This document shows, one piece after another, positions 54,017 through 64,000 of a stretch of 64,000 nt of DNA. The stretch is from the NCBI GenBank assembly GCA_002269645.1, contig NIVC01002451.1, positions 62,001 to 126,000 on the forward strand, given 5' to 3'. How positions within the stretch are numbered: the first letter of the stretch is position 1; each line of letters begins with the position of its first letter. This DNA comes from Macrostomum lignano. Its lineage: Eukaryota. The notes beneath the pieces were generated by a model. That model was not told the origin of the DNA and did no database searches. It saw nothing but the letters and a program-made list of their open reading frames with translations. The position numbers and the translations under genes were made by a program.

Positions 54017-54690
54017 CCCTCCTTCCACCTCTCTTTTTTCTTCTTTCGGTCCATTGATCAGACCTTTTTCGCAAATTTTCAAGTTCTACGAGTGCTGGAA
54101 TTCTTCTCCCTGCAGTTTCAGCAGCCGTGTTCATCGTCAGAGAGGAGCAAAGCAGACTTTTTCGTAGCTGGTCCCATAAGGCTGTCTGTTCATGCTCGGG
54201 GAAGCAGGTCGATTGGACGAATAGTGAGTAAGACAGAGACAGCCTGGATGAGGCGAGGGCAGCGAGAAAAGCAACAGAGAATGGCTGGAGAGCCATACGC
54301 TTTTCTATACTAGCAGACTTCTTCAGCTCAAGTAGAGGCCATCACGCATGAGAGCCTCCTAGATTATTGTAGGGTTCTGGGAGCGGCTCGGCGTAAAATC
54401 GGGCTTGCGAGTTTTAGACTAATGCGAGCCCGATTTAAGCTGATAGTGGGCAACTTGAAACTATAAAAGCTATGTCAATAGGAGTCACCGAGTTCGAGTA
54501 AAGTATTTGTTTGGTCCAATTAGTTGCAAGCATTAGCAACGAATGAGTCAATTTTGATCTGAGTGGAGCAGTACCGGAACGGTGAAACTACGAAGCGCTA
54601 TCCGGGAAGGATCACAGAGTGCAAGCAAAGTTCAAGAGGACTTGAAATCTTACGTTATTGTCTCGAGTGAGGTTCTGCGAAAGGAGAGGG

Positions 54691-57199
54691 AAGGAGACAA
54701 TGAGGGGGAAGGAGACACAATGAGGGGGAAGGAGACAATGAAGGGGAAGGAGACACAATGAGGGGGAAGGAGACACAATGAGGGGGAAGGAGACAATGAA
54801 GGGGAAGGAGACACAATGAGGGGGAAGGAGACACAATGAGGGGGAAGGAGACACAATGAGGGGGAAGGAGACAATGAAGGGGAAGGAGACACAATGAGGG
54901 GGAAGGAGACAATGAAGGGGAAGGAGACACAATGAGGGGGGAAGGAGACACAATGAGGGGGGAAGGAGACACAATGAGGGGGAAGGAGACACAATGAAAT
55001 GGAAGAGACACAATGATGGGGAAGATACACAATGTGGTGAAGAGACACAATGAGGTGAAGAGACACAATGAGGTGAAGATACACAATGAGGGGGGAAGAG
55101 ACACAATGAGGTGAAGATACACAATGAGGGGGAAGAGACACAATGAGGGGGAAGAGACACAATGAGGGGGGAAGAGACACAATGAGGTGAAGATACACAA
55201 TGAGGGGGAAGAGACACAATGAGGTGAAGAGACACAATGAGGGGGAAGAGACACAATGAGGTGAAGATACACAATGAGGGGGGAAGAGACACAATGAGGG
55301 GGGAAGAGACACAATGAGGTGAAGAGACGCAATGAGGTGAAGATACACAATGAGGGGAGGAGACAATGAGGGGGAAGAGACACAATGAGGTGAAGAGACA
55401 CAATGAGGGAAGAGACACAATGAGGTGAAGATACACAATGATGGGGAAGAGACACAATGAGGTGAAAGAGACACAATGAGGTGAAGAGACACAATGAGGT
55501 GAAGATACACAATGATGGGGAAGAGACACAATGAGGGGGAAGAGACACAATGAGGGGGGAAGAGACACAATGAGGTGAAAGAGACACAATGAGGTGAAGA
55601 GACACAATGAGGTGAAGAGACACAATGAGGGAAAGAGACACAATGAGGTGAAGATACACAATGATGGGGAAGAGACACAATGAGGTGAAAGAGACACAAT
55701 GAGGTGAAGAGACACAATGAGGTGAAGAGACACAATGAGGTGAAGAGACACAATGAGGTGAAGAGACACAATGATGGGGAAGAGACACAATGAGGGGAAG
55801 AGACACAATGATGGGGAAGAGACACAATGAGGTGAAAGAGACACAATGAGGTGAAGAGACACAATGAGGTGAAGAGACACAATGAGGTGAAGAGACACAA
55901 TGAGGTGAAGAGACACAATGATGGGGAAGAGACACAATGAGGTGAAAGAGACACAATGAGGGGGAAGAGACACAATGAGGGGAAGAGACACAATGAGGTG
56001 AAGAGACACAATGAGGTGAAGATACACAATGATGGGGGAAGAGACACAATGAGGGGAAGAGACACAATGAGGTGAAGAGACACAATGATGGGGGAAGAGA
56101 CACAATGAGGGGAAGAGACACAATGAGGGGAAGAGACACAATGAGGTGAAGATACACAATGATGGGGGAAGAGACACAATGAGGTGAAAGAGACACAATG
56201 AGGAGGAAGAGACACAATGAGGTGAAAGAGACACAATGAGGGGGAAGAGACACAATGAGGGGAAGAGACACAATGAGGTGAAGATACACAATGATGGGGG
56301 AAGAGACACAATGAGGGGAAGAGACACAATGAGGGGAAGAGACACAATGAGGAGGAAGAGACACAATTAGGGGAAGGAGACACGATGAAGTGGAAGAGAC
56401 ACAATGAGGGGAAGATACACAATGATGGGGGAAGAGACACAATGAGGGGAAGAGACACAATGAGGAGGAAGAGACACAATTAGGGGAAGGAGACACGATG
56501 AAGTGGAAGAGACACAATGAGGTGAAAGAGACACAATGAGGTGAAAGAGACACAAAGAGATAAAAGAGACACAATGAGGTGAAGAGACACAATGAGGGGG
56601 AAGAGACACAATGAGGTGAAGAGACACAATGAGGTGAAGATACACAATGAGGGGGAAGAGACACAATGAGGGGGAAGAGACACAATGAGGGGAAGAGACA
56701 CAATGAGGAGGAAGAGACACAATTAGGGGAAGGAGACACGATGAAGTGGAAGAGACACAATGAGGGGAAGAGACACAATGAGGTGAAAGAGACACAATGA
56801 GGTGAAAGAGACACAAAGAGATAAAAGAGACACAATGAGGTGAAGAGACACAATGAGGGGGAAGAGACACAATGAGGTGAAGAGACACAATGAGGTGAAG
56901 ATACACAATGAGGGGGAAGAGACACAATGAGGGGAAGAGACACAATGAGGTGAAAGAGACACAATGAGGGGAAGAGACACAATGAGGGGAAGAGACACAA
57001 TGAGGGGAAGAGACACAATGAGGTGAAGAGACACAATGAGGTGAAGAGACACAATGAGGGAAAGAGACACAATGAGGTGAAGAGACAAAATGTGGTGAAG
57101 AGACACAATGAGGGGAAGAGACACAATGAGGGGAAGAGACACAATGAGGGGAAGAGACACAATGAGGGGAAGAGACACAATGAGGGGAAGAGACACAAT
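54691..57199. repeat. Purine-rich minisatellite, 18-21-bp unit with core GAGACACAATGAGG(G/T)GAA, cut by the LTR element
   Basis: More than 100 variable copies; the last unit GAGACACAAT abuts the LTR. Confidence 0.97.
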
Positions 57200-57469
57200 T
57201 GTTTTGATGGTTCATTCAATAAATTGAGTCTTCGCAGTAAGCGACTATTTTTCGGCTACTAGCCAACCGAACAAAACAACCAGCGTGCGCACTCTCTCTG
57301 GAGAGGCTGATAACTATATATTGCAATAATTTTAAATAAATGGGGTGGGTGCTGCTGAACATTATAAATGGGGGCTGGGGCTGAAACGTACGTATCAAAA
57401 TCTCTGCTATGAAAGTTACGCGTAGGTGAATGAAAAGTACACTCGTACATGTAAGCCAACTCCTAAACA
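57200..57469 (-). repeat. 3' LTR, 270 bp, termini TGTTT...AAACA
   Basis: Preceded on the minus strand by the PPT; direct repeat of 63964-64000; TATATA at 57320-57315. Confidence 0.92.
57213..57256 (-). other. Spliced-leader-like sequence inside the LTR: GCCGAAAAATAGTCGCTTACTGCGAAGACTCAATTTATTGAATG
   Basis: The 3' 33 nt match 31/33 to the M. lignano SL as I recall it (CGGTCTCTTACTGCGAAGACTCAATTTATTGCATG); also present in the 5' LTR at 63977-64000 and beyond. Confidence 0.8.
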
Positions 57470-57481
57470 TTCCCCCCTTCC
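57470..57481 (-). other. Polypurine tract GGAAGGGGGGAA
   Basis: Immediately precedes the TG of the 3' LTR on the minus strand. Confidence 0.85.
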
Positions 57482-58077
57482 TGACAGAGCAATGTCAGCA
57501 ACAAAGACCGGAAACACTGAACTTGAGTACCTAGTAACCGAACGGACAAACTATGACCATAGCAAAAAAAAACATACAACGCCTGGGAACAGCACGAGAA
57601 GCGTGAGGGCTCAAAAGAGCTCAAAAGCCAAACTGAAAAGATGTTTCGGCACCCGCCACCAAGACTCGCAAATGAAAACAATGAAAATGCGCAAGACCGC
57701 AAACTGAAATAAGTTACCACTAAACATCAAAAAATATAAAAATTTGCAACTCAGCTTAAACTCGCAATTTTAATAAAGTCGAAAATGGTTGACAGAAAAA
57801 ACCCATCACCGTAACTTAACAGAAACTTCAAACAGCTCAAACTCAAAGGAAAAACAAATGCGCCAACTGCGCTCCAAAAAAATCTGATCCCAAAAAAAAC
57901 CATGAACAAAAACAGACACAACCAATAATCAAAAAGGCAACGGCTTGAAAAGCCCAAAACTGGCAGAAAGCCTACTGAACGCACACGATACAGTACAAAC
58001 AATTTGAAAACTCAGCGTAAACTCGGAAAAGTCCGGAAAAGAAAACAAACAGTTCTTAAGCAAATGATCAACTCCTC

Positions 58078-61000
58078 TCACTCGAGATAGCACAGTTTGC
58101 TCACAGGCCGCACGAATACCGTCCCACCGACCTGGACCTTGGCCACCCGGACTCGATTGTCTGAACCTGGGTAGACTTCGACTACTCGTCCCAACGGCCA
58201 GTGTCCCCGCGGTGAGTCTGCTTTGATGACGAGAACGACATCACCTGGCTGTAAATCACGCTGCGGTCCCGCCCACTTGGCTCTCGGCTGCAACCCTGGC
58301 AGCCATTCGCGCATCCAGCGTCGCCAGACGTGCCTCACGAGTTCTTGGACGCGCCGCCACCGCCGCCTCGGGTCAGCCGCGACGTCGTCGGGCACATCCG
58401 GCGCGAATTGTCCACCAGCTTGACCGTGCAGGAAATGGTTTGGCGTTAGTGGCTCTTCGTCTCTCGGATTCGCCGATTGATAGGTGATGGGGCGCGAGTT
58501 GATAAGCGCCTCCGCTCCAGTGATCGCTGACTGAAGCTCCTCGTCGGTGACATCTGCGCTGCCCAGAATCGCGTGTAGCGCTCGCTTCGCAGCCCGAATC
58601 ATCACCTCGTGGGCTCCACCAAAGTGCGGGGCGGCTGGCGGCTGGAAGTTCCACTTGACTCGCTGCTTGGATGTCTCGCGACTGATCCTTGTCCTGTCCA
58701 GCTCCTCCAGAAGTCGCAGTTCATCTGCACCTTTTACAAAGTTGCCACCGTTGTCAGAATACATAGCCTTGGGTAAGCCACGCCTGTTCACCATTCGGTA
58801 GAAGGCGTTCAAGAAAGAGTCCGCGTCAAGGCTGTAGGTCATCTCGAGGTGTACCGCTCGCGTCTCGAGGCATGTGAACAGCGCCAAATAGCGTTTCTGC
58901 CTCTTCTTAAATCGGCCTTGAATAGTGACGAACGGCCCTCCCATGTCGACGGCTACGTTCGTGAAGGCTTTTAAGGATCCTGCGACACGGGCATCAGGCA
59001 GTGGCGCCATCTGTTGTACGATGGGACGAGCTTTCTCTCTCTTGCACACAGCGCATTCAACCTCCCACTCGCGAATAGCTTCCCGAGCACAGATAACCCA
59101 ATACTTGGCTGACAGCGCCGCCAGAGTTTGGTTAGTCCCACCATGGCTCTGCTGCTCGTGATATTGTTTGATGATCAGCTTGGTGATCCAATGCTTCCGC
59201 GGCAAAATAGATGGATGTCTTGCTGCAAATGGCGCCTGTGGCCTGAATTTCAACCGGCCATCCACTCGTAGGACTCCTGCTGCATCACGTACCGGCTGCA
59301 AGCACCGCAGCTTCTTCTCGTTCACTGTATCCGTCTTGAACGCTTCCTCCTGAGCTAACCTTACCAAACGCTCCTCGACCTCCTCGAGCTCATCCACCAA
59401 CAGCTCACCGCCGCTCCGCTGATACTTCTCCGTCTGACAGTTCCGAATGAACCGCAACACCCAAGCGAAGACGCGCTGCAGTCGATGGAAACTAGAGAAT
59501 CGCTCTGGTTTGAGTCGCCAGCCTGTCTTGTCTTCTTCATCGGTGGTGACCAGACATACGGGCTCTGCACAACGCTTCTGGATGCTTGCTAGCTCTCTTC
59601 GACGGGTATTCGCCTCAGTAGTTTCTGGCGCAACTGGAATCAACATTTCTGGCCAATCGTTTGAGCACCTCGCCAAGAATCCAGGGCCGTTCCACCACAG
59701 CTCGTTGTCCATCAGCTCTTGCACACTGCAGCCACGGGATGCCACATCCGCTGGATTCAGACCTGTTGGAACGTACCGCCATTGATTTGGCTGCACCTGC
59801 TGCTGGATGAAGGCGACTCGGTTCGCAACGAAAGGCTTGAACGCTCTACTCTGCCTGCGAATCCACCAAAGCACATTGTGACTGTCACTCCAAAACACCA
59901 CAGACTCAATCGCGATCTCCAACGCCTCGGCCACTGCCCTTGCGAGCCGAAGTCCTAGGACTGCCGCCATCAACTCCAGTCGAGGGATGCTCACCGCCAT
60001 CAATGGTGCTACCTTAGCCTTTGCAGCAACGAAACGGACCGTCGTCTTACTCATCGTTTCGCTCCGCAGATATACGACGGCTCCGTAGGCCTCTTGCGAT
60101 GCGTCTACAAACGAGTGAAGTTCGATGGATCCGTTGTCTGGACGCAGACACCGAGGCACGGCTAGTCTCGTAGCTTTGGAGAGCTCACTGGTCCACTGAA
60201 ACGCTTGATCAGCCAACTCAGGATCCAACGCTTCATCCCACCCAACACCTTGTTGCCATGCCAACTGCAGCATTATCTTTCCTGTGATAACTACCGGAGC
60301 TAGGAAGCCACAGGGGTCAAACACCTCGGCCACACCGCGCAAAAGCAGTCTCTTCGTCATCACCTTGCCGCTAGCATTCGACTCGCTGATGGAAATTCCT
60401 AGGACGTCCTCTTTCGCATTCCAATTCACTCCAAGCGCCTTAGCGGTTCGGGCCTCACCTTTCAATAGCAACTCGGCGCGTTCTGCGCGGTCCTCGACTG
60501 GAACGTGTTGCAGCACTTCTAACGAATTCGACATCCATTTGCAAGCTCGCATCCCTGCCTTGCTCCATAATTCTACGAGTTGTTGGAAGAGTTTCACCGC
60601 TTGGCCAACGGTTTCTACGGAGTCTAGACTGTCGTCCATATAAGTGGAATGCAGCACGGTGTTGGCCGCCAGCGGCAGCTGTTGCTGATAGTGTCGCGCA
60701 TTCTCCTGTGCCACAAACTGAGCCAGAAACGGAGAGCAGTTTACGCCAAATACCACACTGCAGAACTCATAGCTCTTCGGCGTTTGCTTCAAGTCTAAGT
60801 CTCGCCACAGAAATCGGAAAAATCTTCTGTCCTCCGGCGCAATTCGAACTCTCAGATACATCTCCTCGATGTCGGCTGCTAGCGCCACGGGATGCTTCCG
60901 GAACCGTAGGAGCACCTTTAGCAAATCCTGCTGCAACTTCGGTCCCGTATGAATGGTGTCATTTAGGCAGACCCCATTGCTCCGAGCCGCTGCATCAAAC

Positions 61001-63102
61001 ACAATTCGAACTTTGGTCGTCTCCTTATCGGCCCGCACTATCGCGAAATGCGGCAAGAACCACTGGCCAGCCTGACTTGGCTCGCTGATGCCGACCTCCC
61101 GCACATAGCCTTTTGCCAGATGCTTGTCTATCACAGCCTGGTACGCCTTCGCTAGCTCCGGGTTCTTCAGCAAGCGCTTTTCTGTGCTGACGAGACGCTG
61201 TAGGGCAGCTTCGTTGTTCATAGGTAGTTCTTCCGGATTCTTTTTCCAAGGAATCGCCACTTGAAACCTGCCGTTCTCCATCTTCAAGGATGCTCGTGTC
61301 GCTTCTACGATCTTTTGATCTTCAGCGGACATTCTGGCCTGCTGTCCTCCATCTGGCACTTCATCGATCTCCCACATCTTCCGCAGAAGATCAGATGCCT
61401 CGTTCTCCGCCGTCACCGTAAAGAATGTCTGCTGCTGCTGCTCTTCTGCAGTTCCTACTTGATTCACTGGTCCAACGCAGGTCCACCCAATTGGCGTCAG
61501 TCTGGCAATCGGCTCTCCAGGTTGCCCACCTACTTCGCGACAGGCAAAGTGCAAGTCTGCATTGTCCACACCAATGAGCATATCCACAGTCTGCTTCCCT
61601 TTAATTTTGTCGAACGGCACGCCCCTCAGATGAGCCCAACGCTTTGCAAGCTGGCTCCAATCTACGGCTTCCATCCCACCGGTCACTTTCTCAGTTGTGT
61701 GGGCCGTAACTGTGGCACGAAAGGCGCCGTCCAGACTGCGGATGTCGACCTCAACCGGAACCGTCTGAAAGGTGCTCACCTGGCCGTTCAGAACCTTTAC
61801 CGTCATCGGTTCGAGGTTGCCTTCCAAGCCGAGTTCCGCTGCAACGTCAGAGTTCAGGTACGACCGGGTGCTAGCGTCGTCCAGCAAGACATTCACTCGG
61901 ACTTCCCGACCGCCGTTGGATAAAATCACGGGCACAGTCCTCAGCGCTATTGACGGCGATGTTCTGGCCAGTAAAGTGCATGCCTCTTGCGGCTCTTGAA
62001 CTGTGCTCTTCTTCTCCTGGAAGGACTTTGGTCTTTCGATCGTTTTGGGCGACCCCCCTTCATGCGGATTCGCCGTTGTCGCCGCCGGCCCTCGTTGATG
62101 CAGCAGCCGATTATGGTTTGCTTTGCAGCCATCAACACCGCACACTCTCGCTCGCTTGCACGCACCGGCTAGATGGTTTGCTCCCAAGCAGCAGAAGCAC
62201 AGGCGCTTGTCACGAACCGTCGCCCATCTGGCTCCAGGTTCCATTCGTTGAAACCTTGGGCAGCTCCAAACTCCGTGCTGTTCTCCGCAGAGACCACAAC
62301 CTTTTCGCCCTTCCGCCTGTTCTTTGTTTTGGCTATTCGAATCATTCGTCTTCACAAAAAACGAGCGTGCTGCGGCTGCCCCTCGGGAAACAGTTTTCTT
62401 GGCTTTTACACTGTCGTGCCGTCCGGTCTCACCGGAAGAAGCCACGCCTCTTACCGCCTCACACGCTACTGTCATGTACTCTGCCTCCGTCAGAAGCCAT
62501 CGATGCAACGTTCTGAGCGAATCTTCTTTCCTAGCTTCTCCGATCCACCGATGAAAACGAGCTAGGGTTTCGGTTGGCAGCTTCTTTTGCACTCTCAAGT
62601 ACATAAGTCCATTGTTGCTTAGCTCACTCTCTCGCCCTGCAGCCTGTAGATTAACTACCGTAACATCCAGCAAGTCGGCCAGCTTTTTTAATTGACTTGC
62701 ATTCTCTATCTGAATAGGTTGGAAACTATCCAAGTCCTCCAGTGCCAGCATCAGTCTTCGTCTCTCTCCACCATACTCCCGCTCAAGCCTTTCCAGAGCC
62801 GCTTTGTAGGCGAACTCCGAGTAGCCAAGATTCGCAACAAGTTTTAATGCCTCTCCTCGCAGCGACTGGCGCAATTGCAACAACTTATAGGCTTCTGAAG
62901 ATGGCGAGGCATGCACGCAGGCATAGAAAGCCGCCCGCCATCCTTCAAACTCCCGTTTGTCTCCACTAAACACCGGTATCGCAACTCTCTGCAACTGCCT
63001 CCACATATCCTGACCGATTCTTTCCTCAGCCCAAGCTTTCGCTGTACATTCTGCTGCGGCGGCCGGTGAAGCCCCAATTGGCGAATTAGCTCCACCGTAC
63101 AT
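58078..63102 (-). CDS. BEL/Pao Gag-Pol polyprotein, 1674 aa
   Basis: DUF1759-like IPVFSGDKREFEGW; three Cys/His knuckles; protease LLDDASTRSYL; RT TYMDD; RNase H FVDASQEAYGAVVY; integrase H..H..CAVC, DMGGP, SDNG, HEVM; DUF5641-like WRRVQELVRHVWRRW. Order PR-RT-RH-IN. Confidence 0.97.
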   Translation of the reverse strand: MYGGANSPIGASPAAAAECTAKAWAEERIGQDMWRQLQRVAIPVFSGDKREFEGWRAAFYACVHASPSSEAYKLLQLRQSLRGEALKLVANLGYSEFAYKAALERLEREYGGERRRLMLALEDLDSFQPIQIENASQLKKLADLLDVTVVNLQAAGRESELSNNGLMYLRVQKKLPTETLARFHRWIGEARKEDSLRTLHRWLLTEAEYMTVACEAVRGVASSGETGRHDSVKAKKTVSRGAAAARSFFVKTNDSNSQNKEQAEGRKGCGLCGEQHGVWSCPRFQRMEPGARWATVRDKRLCFCCLGANHLAGACKRARVCGVDGCKANHNRLLHQRGPAATTANPHEGGSPKTIERPKSFQEKKSTVQEPQEACTLLARTSPSIALRTVPVILSNGGREVRVNVLLDDASTRSYLNSDVAAELGLEGNLEPMTVKVLNGQVSTFQTVPVEVDIRSLDGAFRATVTAHTTEKVTGGMEAVDWSQLAKRWAHLRGVPFDKIKGKQTVDMLIGVDNADLHFACREVGGQPGEPIARLTPIGWTCVGPVNQVGTAEEQQQQTFFTVTAENEASDLLRKMWEIDEVPDGGQQARMSAEDQKIVEATRASLKMENGRFQVAIPWKKNPEELPMNNEAALQRLVSTEKRLLKNPELAKAYQAVIDKHLAKGYVREVGISEPSQAGQWFLPHFAIVRADKETTKVRIVFDAAARSNGVCLNDTIHTGPKLQQDLLKVLLRFRKHPVALAADIEEMYLRVRIAPEDRRFFRFLWRDLDLKQTPKSYEFCSVVFGVNCSPFLAQFVAQENARHYQQQLPLAANTVLHSTYMDDSLDSVETVGQAVKLFQQLVELWSKAGMRACKWMSNSLEVLQHVPVEDRAERAELLLKGEARTAKALGVNWNAKEDVLGISISESNASGKVMTKRLLLRGVAEVFDPCGFLAPVVITGKIMLQLAWQQGVGWDEALDPELADQAFQWTSELSKATRLAVPRCLRPDNGSIELHSFVDASQEAYGAVVYLRSETMSKTTVRFVAAKAKVAPLMAVSIPRLELMAAVLGLRLARAVAEALEIAIESVVFWSDSHNVLWWIRRQSRAFKPFVANRVAFIQQQVQPNQWRYVPTGLNPADVASRGCSVQELMDNELWWNGPGFLARCSNDWPEMLIPVAPETTEANTRRRELASIQKRCAEPVCLVTTDEEDKTGWRLKPERFSSFHRLQRVFAWVLRFIRNCQTEKYQRSGGELLVDELEEVEERLVRLAQEEAFKTDTVNEKKLRCLQPVRDAAGVLRVDGRLKFRPQAPFAARHPSILPRKHWITKLIIKQYHEQQSHGGTNQTLAALSAKYWVICAREAIREWEVECAVCKREKARPIVQQMAPLPDARVAGSLKAFTNVAVDMGGPFVTIQGRFKKRQKRYLALFTCLETRAVHLEMTYSLDADSFLNAFYRMVNRRGLPKAMYSDNGGNFVKGADELRLLEELDRTRISRETSKQRVKWNFQPPAAPHFGGAHEVMIRAAKRALHAILGSADVTDEELQSAITGAEALINSRPITYQSANPRDEEPLTPNHFLHGQAGGQFAPDVPDDVAADPRRRWRRVQELVRHVWRRWMREWLPGLQPRAKWAGPQRDLQPGDVVLVIKADSPRGHWPLGRVVEVYPGSDNRVRVAKVQVGGTVFVRPVSKLCYLE

Positions 63103-63403
63103 AGCTTGGATACCTAGCTGTCCGCGGGTTGGTTAGAATCAGCGTGGTCACACTTGCCGCCAGTTGGGGTGGGTGGTATTGATTTTTCTCCGGCCTTTAC
63201 TCTCTCACCCCCTTGCTCAGCGCTCCTTAGTTGATCTGACCCTCCCCAATTAAGGGGTTGACTGAAGGGTCGGCTTGAACCATGGGGTTGGCGACTGGTA
63301 CTGAGTACGCAGCTTGCGATTGGACGGCCGCTTCTACCCGTAGTTGAGAGGAGTACAATTGATCATTTGCACTCGCTGACGTCTCTGCCAGTCTTAGCGC
63401 ATC

Positions 63404-63901
63404 CTATCTGACATCTAACTCGCGCTGCCTCTCTGCAAACTCCTGCTGCATTCTGCGCTCCTCCTCCTCCATCTCTATCCGCTGCCGCCTGACTGCCTCC
63501 AACTCCTTCTGTCGCATCTCTTTCTGCTCGATCTCCCTCGACTCTAGTCGCACCTCTCGTTCCCTCTTGCGCAATTCTCTCAGCAAATTTACAATCTCAC
63601 CGTACTCAGTCTCCAGCTTTTCCAACTCCTTTACTGTCTGGACTTGCACTGGTAGATTCCCGACGACCTCGGGCAGAATCGCTTGTAGCACCGCACTAAC
63701 TCGCTCGTAGTGGTCATCCAGAGTGCCGGCCAGCGGTTCCACGTCCGCTAAAGTAGCTCCGTCCGAGCCCAATACCTTCAGTAGACGATTCCGCTGCTTC
63801 GTGAACGCGCACTTGTCGACCGCTTTTCTGGCCTTCAGCGAAATGAGACGGCTGTCTCCCTCCGGCACTTGTTCTTGCATCTCTGCTTCTTCATCAGACA
63901 T
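63404..63901 (-). CDS. Upstream ORF1 of the BEL/Pao element, 165 aa, coiled-coil (gag N-terminal-like)
   Basis: First long ORF after the PBS; E/R/K/Q-rich helical C-terminal half; TAG stop at 63404. Confidence 0.7.
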   Translation of the reverse strand: MSDEEAEMQEQVPEGDSRLISLKARKAVDKCAFTKQRNRLLKVLGSDGATLADVEPLAGTLDDHYERVSAVLQAILPEVVGNLPVQVQTVKELEKLETEYGEIVNLLRELRKREREVRLESREIEQKEMRQKELEAVRRQRIEMEEEERRMQQEFAERQRELDVR

Positions 63902-63943
63902 CTTTTACCAATGAAGTAGAACCACAAGTAGAACCACAAGTAG

Positions 63944-63961
63944 AACCACGCTCTGCTACCA
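63944..63961 (-). other. Primer binding site TGGTAGCAGAGCGTGGTT, complementary to the 3' end of initiator tRNA-Met
   Basis: Lies 2 nt after the CA end of the 5' LTR; resembles the tRNAiMet PBS consensus TGGTAGCAGAG..TGGTT. Confidence 0.8.
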
Positions 63962-63963
63962 GA

Positions 63964-64000
63964 TGTTTTGATGGTTCATTCAATAAATTGAGTCTTCGCA
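63964..64000 (-). repeat. 5' LTR, U5 end, partial
   Basis: Identical to 57200-57236. Confidence 0.92.

Larger units (their letters stand above)
57200..64000 (-). mobile_element. BEL/Pao LTR retrotransposon, apparently intact; the 5' LTR continues beyond the window
   Basis: 3' LTR at 57200-57469; 5' LTR starts at 63964 and is 37/37 identical over the visible part; PPT, PBS and an uninterrupted 1674-aa gag-pol. Confidence 0.97.

Noticed and set aside
54396-54436. 13-bp stem hairpin (AAATCGGGCTTGC...GCGAGCCCGATTT)
   Set aside because: Isolated, with no Helitron CTRR end or other context to give it meaning
54612-57219. 584-854-aa Cys/Ser/Leu/Pro-rich ORFs
   Set aside because: Artefacts of the pyrimidine-rich strand of the minisatellite, open in all three frames
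57213-57256. A bona fide SL-RNA gene
   Set aside because: No GT donor or Sm-site-containing intron part follows the ATG, and the sequence is embedded in an LTR
57751-58002. Hydrophobic 83-aa ORF at the env position of the BEL element
   Set aside because: Short, explained by the T-rich composition of the 3' UTR, and with no recognisable envelope motifs

Overview
Eukaryotic genomic DNA with GT-AG introns. The host is very probably the flatworm Macrostomum lignano or a close relative: almost every intron and intergenic gap holds a different 14-42 bp minisatellite, and there is a near-perfect match to the Macrostomum spliced leader as I recall it. Host genes on the minus strand: a two-Tudor-domain protein (4783-7110), a POGZ/ZNF280-like C2H2 zinc-finger protein without the transposase domain (8132-11984), and a complete 5-exon glycogen phosphorylase (15743-24208). 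Host genes on the plus strand: a RING/TRAF-zinc-finger protein with a duplicated Cys-rich module (26992-28144), a degenerate neprilysin (M13)-like fragment (35739-36403), an Ack-like/PR2 tyrosine kinase (37029-43495) and an aquaporin (46483-49172). Mobile DNA: two hAT-type MITEs, a 5'-truncated LINE RT relic, a BEL/Pao relic split by a 1.64 kb hAT-type element that carries a Tc1/IS630 transposase fragment, a Gypsy relic inside the kinase intron, and an apparently intact BEL/Pao LTR retrotransposon (57200 to beyond 64000). The top finding is that this element's LTR carries an almost full-length copy of the host spliced-leader sequence, in sense orientation and directly behind a splice-acceptor-like tract. 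All exon calls and family assignments were made by eye, with no database searches.
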